From NCBI GenBank assembly GCA_029938605.1, contig JAOZUO010000013.1, positions 6,462-70,461 of the forward strand: a DNA stretch of 64,000 bases, in the 5' to 3' direction. Under the pieces are notes generated by a model, which made no database searches, was not told where the DNA came from, and saw only the letters and a list, made by a program, of their open reading frames with translations. The stretch is from Deltaproteobacteria bacterium. Lineage in GTDB: Bacteria; Myxococcota_A; Polyangia; HGW-17; JAJRWW01. Shown piece after piece: positions 30,337 through 38,580 of this stretch. The position numbers were made by a program, and so were the translations under genes. Each line of letters begins with the position of its first letter. The first letter of the stretch is position 1.

Positions 30337-32343
30337 CTACACCAGCAGATCGATGACGCGCTTTCCAAAGGCCGCGGGGTCCGGGAGCGGTGAGCCCTCG
30401 GCGAGGAGGGCCTGACCGAAGAGGAGGTGGGCGTAGTCGGCCAGGCGATCGTCCTTGGCGTCGGCGTCGGCGTCGAAGATGGACTGCAGCTTCTCGAGCA
30501 CCGGATGGTTGGCGTTGAGCTCGAGGATCCGCTTGGGCACGGGGACCTCCTGGCCGGCCTGCTTGAGGAGCTGAGCCATGTGAGCGCTCATGTCGTTCTC
30601 CTCCCCCACCAGGCAGGTCGCCGACTCGGTGAGGCGCGTGGAGAGGCGCACCTCCTTGATGTGCTCGTCAAGGGTGGACTGCAGAGCCTCGAAGAGCGAT
30701 GCGTGGGTCTTTTGCGCCTCCTCGCGCTCGGCCTCCGCCGCCTTCTTCTCCTCGTCGCTGCCCAGATCCACGGCGCCCTTGCCCACAGACTGCAGCTTCT
30801 TGCCCTCGAACTCGTGCAGCACGTTGACCAGGATCTCGTCCACGGGATCGGTGAGCAGCAGGACCTCAATTTCCTTGTCGCCGAATGCCTCCATGTGCGG
30901 CGACCGCTCCACTGCTTCCCGGCTGTCGCCGGTGATATAGTAGATAACCTCCTGATCCTCACCCATGCGCGACACGTAGTCGGCCAGGGAGGTGAGGTCC
31001 GAGGCGTGGTGCGACGACCCGAAGAGCAGCAGGGGCTTGAGCCGGTCCGCGTTGTCGTTGTCGGTGCTGATGCCCTCCTTGAGGGCCTTTCCAAAGACGG
31101 TCCAGAATTTGAGATACTTCTCAGCGTCTTCGGACTGCAGCTGGGCGAGCTCGTCGAGCACCTTGCGCACGATGCGTTTTTTGATGAGGCTCACATGACG
31201 GTCCTGCTGCAAAAGCTCCCTCGAGACGTTCAGCGACAGGTCCGGCGAGTCCACCACGCCCTTGACGAACCGCAGGTACTGCGGCAGCAGTTCCTCCGCT
31301 TGATCCTTGATGAGCACCCGATTCACATAGAGCTGCAGCCCAAAGGGGGTGTCGTACTGGAATAGGTCGAAGGGCGCCCGCTCCGGAAAAAACAGCAGCG
31401 CCGTATACTCGAAGGTCCCCTCGGCCTTGAGGGTGACCACGTGCAACGGGTCCGTCCAGTCGTGGGAGATGTGCTTGTAGAACTCGTTGTACTCCGCAGC
31501 CAGGACCTCGGACTGGGGCCGGGTCCAGATGGCCTTCATGGAGTTCAGGGTCTCCCAGGTCTTCACTTCCCGGGTCTCGGGCTCCGCGTCGTCCTTCGCG
31601 TCGTCCTTTGCGTCGTCCTTCGCGTCGTCCTTTGCGTCGTCGTCTGTGGATGCCTCACCGGAGACCGTCTCGGTACGCGTGGTCTGCAGCTTGATGGGGT
31701 AGGTGACGAAGTCGGAGTACTTCTTGACGATGGAGCGCAGGGAGTGCTCGGCGACGAAGTCGTTCATTCCGTCTTCGGCGTCGGCGGACTTGAGGCGTAG
31801 GGTCACCGTGGTGCCGGCCTCGTCGCGGGTTCCGTCAGACACCTCGAAGGATCCGTCTCCGGTAGACGTCCACCGCGTCGCGCCATCTTCCCCGGCCTTG
31901 CGCGTCACGACGGTCACCTCGTCGGCCACCATGAACGACGCATAAAAGCCTACGCCGAACTGCCCGATGAGGGTATCGAGGGTGGACTGGCTCTCGCCCT
32001 GCTCCTTGGCCTCGGCGAGTTGATCTTCGAATTCCCGTGTGCCTGACCGGGCGATGGTGCCCAGATCTTCGATGGCCTCGTCCCGGGACATGCCGACGCC
32101 ATTGTCCCAGACGGTCAGGGTGCGGGACTCGTCGTCGGCCTCCAGACGGATCTCGTACTCCCCCGACGGTGCGAGGTCCGTATCGGTGAGCGCGGCGAAC
32201 CGGCGCTTATCGATGGCGTCGGAGCTGTTGGAGACCAGCTCTCGCAGGAAGATCTCCTTGTTCGAGTACAGGGAGTGGATCACGATGTCCAAGACCCGGC
32301 GGGCCTCGGACTTGAAGGTATGTGTCTCGGCGTTTTTGCCCAT
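30337..32343 (-). CDS. htpG: Chaperone HtpG (Hsp90)
   Basis: HSLYSNKEIFLRELVSNSSDA, DNGVGM, LGTIARSGT, IGQFGVGFY, FVKGVVDSPDLSLNVSRE, ILELNANHP. Confidence 0.97.
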   Translation of the reverse strand: MGKNAETHTFKSEARRVLDIVIHSLYSNKEIFLRELVSNSSDAIDKRRFAALTDTDLAPSGEYEIRLEADDESRTLTVWDNGVGMSRDEAIEDLGTIARSGTREFEDQLAEAKEQGESQSTLDTLIGQFGVGFYASFMVADEVTVVTRKAGEDGATRWTSTGDGSFEVSDGTRDEAGTTVTLRLKSADAEDGMNDFVAEHSLRSIVKKYSDFVTYPIKLQTTRTETVSGEASTDDDAKDDAKDDAKDDAKDDAEPETREVKTWETLNSMKAIWTRPQSEVLAAEYNEFYKHISHDWTDPLHVVTLKAEGTFEYTALLFFPERAPFDLFQYDTPFGLQLYVNRVLIKDQAEELLPQYLRFVKGVVDSPDLSLNVSRELLQQDRHVSLIKKRIVRKVLDELAQLQSEDAEKYLKFWTVFGKALKEGISTDNDNADRLKPLLLFGSSHHASDLTSLADYVSRMGEDQEVIYYITGDSREAVERSPHMEAFGDKEIEVLLLTDPVDEILVNVLHEFEGKKLQSVGKGAVDLGSDEEKKAAEAEREEAQKTHASLFEALQSTLDEHIKEVRLSTRLTESATCLVGEENDMSAHMAQLLKQAGQEVPVPKRILELNANHPVLEKLQSIFDADADAKDDRLADYAHLLFGQALLAEGSPLPDPAAFGKRVIDLLV
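31586..31640 (-). repeat. 12-nt in-frame repeat encoding (DDAK)x4 in the HtpG charged linker
   Basis: gcgtcgtcctty units. Confidence 0.85.
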
Positions 32344-32380
32344 AGGGGGACCCTCTTCTTAGCAGGTTTGTCTGGGCTCC

Positions 32381-32408
32381 AAGATAGTCCTGATCTAGGC
32401 GGGATCAA
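32381..32408 (-). promoter_or_regulatory. Possible sigma70-type promoter of htpG
   Basis: Minus strand TTGATC-16 nt-TATCTT; no CIRCE element seen. Confidence 0.35.
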
Positions 32409-32427
32409 GAGGGGAACGGTGCTTTTT

Positions 32428-33342
32428 TCAGCCTACGGATCCCCGCCGGTCCACCTGGATGCGGAACTCGTCGCCCCCAAACCCCGCTTTCTTCAACTCC
32501 GCGGTCAGGTGGTGCAGGAACTGGCGACGGCTCCACTGATGTCGGGCAAAGGTGATCCGTGCGCGCTCGTACACCAGCATCTCAGGCATCTTCGAGACCC
32601 GTTGGCCTGCCAGCACCCGGCGGGCCAGGGTTGCCGAGACCCGGTAGCCGATGATGGCGTCGGGCACCGCGACCTTGGAGATCACCCCCACTCCCCGGGG
32701 GGCGAAGGTGTTCTGGAGCCAGACGTGCAAATGGAAATCGCTGGCCGAGGGCAGGTGGATCATGCGCACCATACGGTCGGAGCCACCGAAGCGCTTCAGC
32801 CGCTCAGGTCCCAGGTCCCGCAGGGCCCGAACCGCGAGCTTGCGCGGGTGGTAGTGGTAGCTGACGATGGTCCTGGGCGCGGGGATCTTCTCCACCCGGC
32901 CGGAGAAGAGGTCCACCAGGGACCGCATGGGCAGGAGCCGAACACCGTGGACCCCGTCTGGGTTGCCCCCCCGCTCCGTCAGGGCGCCCACTTCGGTCCA
33001 GACGCCATCGGGCAGGGTCAGAAAGAAGGCGTCCTCGTGGGCAGCGGTCCACGCCAGGGAGATGAGCTGGGCCTCACGGGCGGCTACCGTGTCCACCGTG
33101 GCGCTTCCTTTGTAGCGACGCAAGAAGGTGGTTTGATTGAGCGTCAGAGGTCCGGTGCGGAGCTTGGCGTCCACGTGGAACTGGTAGACCTGCCCACGAA
33201 GTCGCGCCCGCAGCTCGTACCGCCCGTCTCGCAGACAGATGGGCCCGCGGCAGCAACCGCTAAGCGCCGAACCCGCCAGCCCGACGCCCACCGTCACCAA
33301 AAATCCCCGGCGATTTGAGCCCGGATCACCCGCTCCACTCAT
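32428..33342 (-). CDS. Hypothetical Tat-signal lipoprotein, possible JAB/MPN-like motif
   Basis: MSGAGDPGSNRRGFLVTVGVGLAGSALSGC; E..60 aa..IVSYHYHP-x6-A-x2-D. Confidence 0.6.
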   Translation of the reverse strand: MSGAGDPGSNRRGFLVTVGVGLAGSALSGCCRGPICLRDGRYELRARLRGQVYQFHVDAKLRTGPLTLNQTTFLRRYKGSATVDTVAAREAQLISLAWTAAHEDAFFLTLPDGVWTEVGALTERGGNPDGVHGVRLLPMRSLVDLFSGRVEKIPAPRTIVSYHYHPRKLAVRALRDLGPERLKRFGGSDRMVRMIHLPSASDFHLHVWLQNTFAPRGVGVISKVAVPDAIIGYRVSATLARRVLAGQRVSKMPEMLVYERARITFARHQWSRRQFLHHLTAELKKAGFGGDEFRIQVDRRGSVG

Positions 33343-33385
33343 GCGCCACCTCACTGGTCCAGCCTCCACATCTAAACCTGTCCGG

Positions 33386-33421
33386 ACCACCGTTGAAATC
33401 GTAAACACCACCGTTGAAATC
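33386..33421. promoter_or_regulatory. Tandem 15-bp direct repeat ACCACCGTTGAAATC (21-bp period), candidate upstream activator sequence
   Basis: Exact copies at 33386-33400 and 33407-33421, about 215 nt upstream of a sigma54 promoter. Confidence 0.6.
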
Positions 33422-33635
33422 CGCAACTCCGTCTCAACACCATGAAAAAACGTTTGTTTTCCCAACACACTGCATCGGATCTCCCAAGGACCGTTGAGGA
33501 TCCTTACGGTGAACACACCGGGGCGGTTTCCACTGAATCGGCGGCCATTGAGTCCATAGGCTACCGCATAACACGGCGAATCGCATGGCGTTATCCCCGG
33601 AATGCAGATCCGCTCCACCGGCGGTTTTCCAGACC

Positions 33636-33651
33636 TGGCACTGCAATTGCT
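33636..33651 (+). promoter_or_regulatory. Consensus sigma54 (-24/-12) promoter
   Basis: TGGCAC-TGCAA-TTGCT (GG-N10-GC); GGAGG RBS and ATG at 33699 follow. Confidence 0.85.
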
Positions 33652-33698
33652 TTGATCACCGGCAAACGCACGAACAACTCGCAATGGAGGCGCAAGCG

Positions 33699-34619
33699 AT
33701 GCTCAACAACAAATCCAAAACCCGGACCGTGGATGATGCCTGTATCTGGATGAAAGCAGGCGTAGTGGACATGAAGATCTGCAACGAGCACTTCGACTGC
33801 ATGCGCTGCAAGTACGATCAGACGCTCAGCCGGTTCGCTCGCCAAAACGCAGCCATGCGCGTCCAGGGTGAGGTGCCCACGGGTAAAAAAGCCGACATCA
33901 TCTCCTGGCAGGACGCCATGCGCGCCAAGCCGCCCCAGCTCCGCCTCTGCCGCCACACCTTGAACGGACGCGTGGAGAACCGCCACTGCGCGCACAACTA
34001 CGCGTGTCACGACTGCGACTTCGATCAGATGTTCGAGGACGCCTGGGAGCTCCGCATGCCCATGCGCCTGGAGGAGGTGCCCGAGATCCGCGGCTACAAG
34101 GTGCCCCAGGGCTTTTACTACCACGACGGCCATGCCTGGGCGAAGCTCCAGCCCGCGGGTCGCATCCGCATCGGGCTCGACGACTTCGGCGGCAAGCTGG
34201 TGGGGCCCATGGACAAGCTCGACCTGCCCAAGCCGGGCTACGAGGTGAACAAGAACCAGGCCTCCTGGTCCCTGCACCGCGACGGCAACATGGCCGACAT
34301 TCTCTCGCCGGTGGACGGTGTGGTTCTGGAAGTGAACCCCAAGATCCGCAAGCACCCGGGCCTCACCAATGATGAGCCCTTCGAGGGCGGGTGGGTGATG
34401 GTCATCCAGGCGGCCAATCTCAAAAAGGACATCAAGCGCCTGCATTTCGGCGACGAGGCCAATCAGTTCATCACCGCCGAAAGCGACCGGCTCTTCGGTC
34501 TCGTGGAGGAGGTGGCCGGCCCCCTGACCGCCGACGGCGGCCAGCTCGTGTCCGACATCTACGGCAACCTCCCCGACCTGGGCTGGAACCGGCTCACCAA
34601 GGCCTTCTTCCGAGGCTAA
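33699..34619 (+). CDS. GcvH-like protein lacking the lipoyl Lys, with two N-terminal Cys-rich modules
   Basis: HAWA..RIGLDDF..DLP..DILSPVDGVVLEVN..N.EPFEGGW; HRDG occupies the ESVK position; CIWM..C..C..C..D and CRH..C..C..C..DQ modules. Confidence 0.85.
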   Translation: MLNNKSKTRTVDDACIWMKAGVVDMKICNEHFDCMRCKYDQTLSRFARQNAAMRVQGEVPTGKKADIISWQDAMRAKPPQLRLCRHTLNGRVENRHCAHNYACHDCDFDQMFEDAWELRMPMRLEEVPEIRGYKVPQGFYYHDGHAWAKLQPAGRIRIGLDDFGGKLVGPMDKLDLPKPGYEVNKNQASWSLHRDGNMADILSPVDGVVLEVNPKIRKHPGLTNDEPFEGGWVMVIQAANLKKDIKRLHFGDEANQFITAESDRLFGLVEEVAGPLTADGGQLVSDIYGNLPDLGWNRLTKAFFRG

Positions 34620-35020
34620 CGCCTCGACCCAGATACTCGGCCCCGGAGGGAAATCGATCGCTCCTGGCTACGCCGATCCCTGTTAGGGGGATCGGAGGAC
34701 TCACCACTGCAACCTGAGGCTCAAGCCGCCGCCGCCCCGCGTGATCATCGGCGCCACCGACGCGCGTACCCGTCGCCGCCGGGCCTTGCGTATATATCGG
34801 AGCCGGGAACATGGGAACATGGGGACGGTCCAACGATCTTCTTGATCCGAGGGACACTCCTACGATTTTGTGTTTGGCTCCTCAACATGGAAAAGGACCA
34901 GAACGTTCATTTTGAGCGCTACGACGCAGGTCGTACGCTCCCGAGGTCCGCTTCCAACTGTCACGGAACCGAAGCATGCGGTACACTCTCCCTAACGCGA
35001 CGGACGCGATGGAGGGGCCC

Positions 35021-36448
35021 ATGTCGAAGCTGCTGCGCCGCACCCGCCAAATCGTCAGAGGGCTCGGGCTGGTCGTCGGGCTGGTCGTCGGGCTGGTCAT
35101 CGGGCTGCTTTGGCTGGCGACGCCGCCGACCGCCGTGGCGCGACCGGCCCCGGCCGGGTTGGCGAAGGTCCAGGACCTTCGCAGAAAGCTGCGGAGCCGC
35201 CATAAGCGCGTGCGACGCAAGACGCTCAGAAAGCTCCAGCACAGCTTTGACGCCAAGCCAGAGGTGGTCCGGGCCCTCGCCCCGCTGGTGCGCCGGTTGG
35301 CGAAAAGAGATCCGGACTGCCAGGTGCGCACCGAGGCGCTCCAGACTCTGGTCTGGCGACGCCGGGACCTGGGTGGGAAGCCCCACGGACTACTCCTGCG
35401 CGCCCTGGCCGACAACTGCCCCCTGGCCAACGCGCGGGGCGCGGACTGGTTGGACACAGCGGCCCCGACATATCGACGGCGCGTGGTGGCCCGTCTGATG
35501 GCCCTGGCGCGAAGGTCCTCCTTCTACCACGTCCAGTGCAGCGCCCTGATCGCCCTGGGCAAGCTGCGCGTGAAGAAGGCCACCAAGCTCATGGCGCGGG
35601 CCCTGGCCGTGGGAGCGAAAACCGGGCTCGGCGGCTACGGCACCGGCTACACGGTCCCCGGTCGATCTATGCCCCATTGCGCGGTCCAGGCGCTACAGGA
35701 TCTGCACGGACAGGGCAGCAAGAAATGGCTCGCGGCCCTCACAAAGAAACGCGACGCCGTGGTCCAGAAGCTGAAAAACAAATCGCTGTCCAAAGACCAG
35801 CGCAGGTTGCTCTACGTTGAGTACTGGCGACTCCACGCGCTGGTCCTAAGCCGCACCATCAGGCTCCGCCCACTGCCCACCACAAAGCAGGTGCGGCAGT
35901 GGCGCAACCGCATGAGCAAGCGCGGTTACGTGACTGCGAGCCCTGCCTCCCTGTGCCTCAGCTCGAAGACCTGCCCGGCGGGCACGAGCTGCCTGCACAT
36001 GGCGTGCGTGACCCAGGCTCGCGCCCTCAAGGTCTACCAGACCTATCGCAAAAGCCGCCGCCGGGGACGCCGCCGGCCGAAACGAGGCTGGCGCAACTAC
36101 GATAACTCCCTCGCCGTACGCCTGGGCCTGGGCATGGGCGGTGCCGGCCACCTCGCCAATCTCCTTCGCCGTCGCAACCAGCCCCCCCCGGGGCCACCCA
36201 AACGCTGGCTCGTGCTGCGTAAACGCGCCCGGACTGCTTGGATGGCGGGCCAGTGCAACAAGGCCATCGGGCTGGCGCGCCGGTCCTATAAGCTCCACCC
36301 CTCCAACCTCAGCGCCTCGGTCATCGGGTACTGCGCCTGTAGCATCAAAAACGCCTCCCTGGCGCGATGGGCGTACCGCCGACTGAGGTCCATCTCCAGA
36401 AAAGGGATCGTCCGGGCCTGCCGCCGCAAGGGAATCAAGCTCCCCTGA
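35021..36448 (+). CDS. Arg/Lys-rich membrane-anchored HEAT-repeat protein with C-terminal Cys-containing TPR-like domain
   Basis: TM helix GLVVGLVVGLVIG; VRTEALQTL, VQCSALIALGKL; end GYCACSIKNASLARWAYRRL..IVRACRRKGIKLP; GGAGG RBS before 35021. Confidence 0.7.
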   Translation: MSKLLRRTRQIVRGLGLVVGLVVGLVIGLLWLATPPTAVARPAPAGLAKVQDLRRKLRSRHKRVRRKTLRKLQHSFDAKPEVVRALAPLVRRLAKRDPDCQVRTEALQTLVWRRRDLGGKPHGLLLRALADNCPLANARGADWLDTAAPTYRRRVVARLMALARRSSFYHVQCSALIALGKLRVKKATKLMARALAVGAKTGLGGYGTGYTVPGRSMPHCAVQALQDLHGQGSKKWLAALTKKRDAVVQKLKNKSLSKDQRRLLYVEYWRLHALVLSRTIRLRPLPTTKQVRQWRNRMSKRGYVTASPASLCLSSKTCPAGTSCLHMACVTQARALKVYQTYRKSRRRGRRRPKRGWRNYDNSLAVRLGLGMGGAGHLANLLRRRNQPPPGPPKRWLVLRKRARTAWMAGQCNKAIGLARRSYKLHPSNLSASVIGYCACSIKNASLARWAYRRLRSISRKGIVRACRRKGIKLP

Positions 36449-36493
36449 GGGATCGCCAGAGGGATCGCAAAGGGATCGCAGATCGCGGATCGC
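36448..36493. repeat. Degenerate GGGATCGC/GATCGC repeat (5 cores) at convergent junction
   Basis: GATCGC at 36451, 36463, 36474, 36481 and 36488. Confidence 0.8.
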
Positions 36494-36521
36494 CCACTAA
36501 GCCCCTCTGCAGTGTCGGTTG

Positions 36522-38276
36522 TCAGATTTTGCGGCGCACGTAGATGACCGCGGGGCGGGTGCGGCGCACGTCCCAGTAATAGCCGCGTCCGTAGCGGCGC
36601 CGGCGGAAGGTGCGGCGTTGGCGCCAGGAGCCTGTGTACTTGCCGCCGCGCACGGTGTCATAGTAGTTGTTCCAGTTCTTGGGCATGGCACGACGCAGGG
36701 CGTTGTTGCGCCTGACCTTGCGGCAGGAGACGTCCCGGCTGCGGCCCACGCCGCCCAGGGAGAGCTTGGACCAGCTCCCACGACCGTGACGGACCCGCCG
36801 CATGGTGACCTCGAAGGCCACGCACTTGTACTTCTTGGCGCGCCGGGCGTGTTTGCTGAGCTGCCTGATGAGGGGTGCGCCGGTGGCGCCGGCTTTCTTG
36901 GCGATGGACAGGGCCAACTCCGTCTCCAGGGCGGTAAGCTGCGCCAGGGGCTTGGCGGCGTAGGTCTGGGCGAAGTACGGGTGCCGCGGCAGGAACTTGT
37001 CCGTCAGGGCGACGCCGCGGTATCGGGAGTGCCGAGCCGGACGGCGCCTACCATGCCTACCACGATAGTTGGCCCAATTTCCGCTGCACTTCGATCCAAC
37101 GCCCGGCCGAATCTTCATGGGGTTCCAGGCGGTCCAACACACCCGCGTGCGCTTGGCGCCCACCTGCCGGGCGATCGTCAGGGCAGCCTGGGCGATGGTG
37201 TCTGCGGGGGTTGCGGTTTGCTGGGCCAGGATCTCGATGAGCGCCAAGCGGAGTCGGTCATCCCGCAGCACCGTGCGGGCACTGATGGCCGTGCGTTTGG
37301 GGCTACAGTTGCCTTTGCCCTTGGCCAGGGCCGCTGTCACAGCCTGGGGACGGAAGTCCCGGCGACCCTGCATCAGATTGCGCGAGCACTGGATGGCGCG
37401 GAACTTTTCGACGTTGGCCTGCAAAGCCGGCAGGTAGACCCGCTCCAGCAGATACAGAACGTCCAGGTAGGTCAGCCCGAGCTTGGGCTGGCCACCATCC
37501 ACGGAGTGCAGCCCGCCGAGCAGCTCCTTGATGGCGAGCTGGTAGAGCTGCTTCTTGGGCATGACGGCCAGGCGGCCCGTGTACTGCTTGGCCACACGGT
37601 ACCTGGCGGCCACCGCGGCGGAGACGCCGTAGTAGGCGGCGAAGGTCTGGTCAAAGCCAGCCATCGCGCGGGCGTTTGAGGGTTGATGGTGCAGGACCAG
37701 GGCGTAGTATCCCAGGGACTTGCGGCCCCCCCGAGAAGATCGGGCCCAGCTGAGCCAGCCATTGATCTTACGACGGGCCTGGTCCGGAGTCATGGAGGCG
37801 AGCAGGCCGCTGCCCCCGGAGGTCTTGGCCTTGCGGTAGGCTTGCCGACGCGCCTCCCAGGCCCGACACAGAGTCAAGGCACGCTGCAGCTCCTTTTGGT
37901 AGTACCGCACGTGGGGCTTCTGACAGTAGGCCTGAGCGCGCAGGGTAACGGCTTGGTTGCACTGCATCGTGGGGAACTGCTTAGGCTGGCTCCATCCCTT
38001 GGCAGCACGATAGAAACGCCCGGAGCGGTTTGTGAGAGCGGAGGGGCGCTCGTTGGAACGATACTCGGCGCGGCCGCAATCCACGAGCTGGCCTCCGGGG
38101 CCCGGTGCATACCCCGGCGCGGGGGCGGCGCCCGGCTGGCCGGCCTGGTCCGGCGGGGGAGCTGCCGTCGGATTGCCGCCTTGGGAGGGAGGTGCGGATC
38201 GCGGTCCGGGGAGCCCTAGGAGCTCACAGCCCGAGAGTAGGAGTATGGCCGAGGCCAAGATGGTCGTAGTTCTCAT
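36522..38276 (-). CDS. Hypothetical Arg/Lys-rich lipoprotein
   Basis: MRTTTILASAILLLSGC lipobox, Pro/Gly linker, very basic C-terminus; GGAGG RBS. Confidence 0.7.
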   Translation of the reverse strand: MRTTTILASAILLLSGCELLGLPGPRSAPPSQGGNPTAAPPPDQAGQPGAAPAPGYAPGPGGQLVDCGRAEYRSNERPSALTNRSGRFYRAAKGWSQPKQFPTMQCNQAVTLRAQAYCQKPHVRYYQKELQRALTLCRAWEARRQAYRKAKTSGGSGLLASMTPDQARRKINGWLSWARSSRGGRKSLGYYALVLHHQPSNARAMAGFDQTFAAYYGVSAAVAARYRVAKQYTGRLAVMPKKQLYQLAIKELLGGLHSVDGGQPKLGLTYLDVLYLLERVYLPALQANVEKFRAIQCSRNLMQGRRDFRPQAVTAALAKGKGNCSPKRTAISARTVLRDDRLRLALIEILAQQTATPADTIAQAALTIARQVGAKRTRVCWTAWNPMKIRPGVGSKCSGNWANYRGRHGRRRPARHSRYRGVALTDKFLPRHPYFAQTYAAKPLAQLTALETELALSIAKKAGATGAPLIRQLSKHARRAKKYKCVAFEVTMRRVRHGRGSWSKLSLGGVGRSRDVSCRKVRRNNALRRAMPKNWNNYYDTVRGGKYTGSWRQRRTFRRRRYGRGYYWDVRRTRPAVIYVRRKI

Positions 38277-38580
38277 GATTCGCCTCCGTGCGACGGTTCC
38301 GGGGTTGGAGCAACCAACAGTTCACTCAATAGGCACTACCCGCTCTTCAAGGGCTGTGCCAACTGTTCACGATAAGTTTGCCTATCACAAACCGTCGATG
38401 ATTGCTCAGCTTTGCTCAGCTGATCCAGAAGGAGAGCGGGCCGTCCGGTACGCGCGTTGGGCACTTCAGCCCCCAGGAGGTGGGCGCTTCAGCACCCATC
38501 GAGGTATTTCAACGTGATTGTTATTGGGTGGTGCTTTGGGATATGGTTGGGTTGGATCTAGGAGTTCTGGAGAGAACGTC

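Noticed and set aside
32344-32427. CIRCE or sigma32 heat-shock element before htpG
   Set aside because: No TTAGCACTC-N9-GAGTGCTAA and no CCCCAT -10 box.
33699-34619. Calling this gene gcvH or lbpA
   Set aside because: The lipoyl lysine is absent and no gcvP/T, sHdr or lipoylation genes are adjacent.
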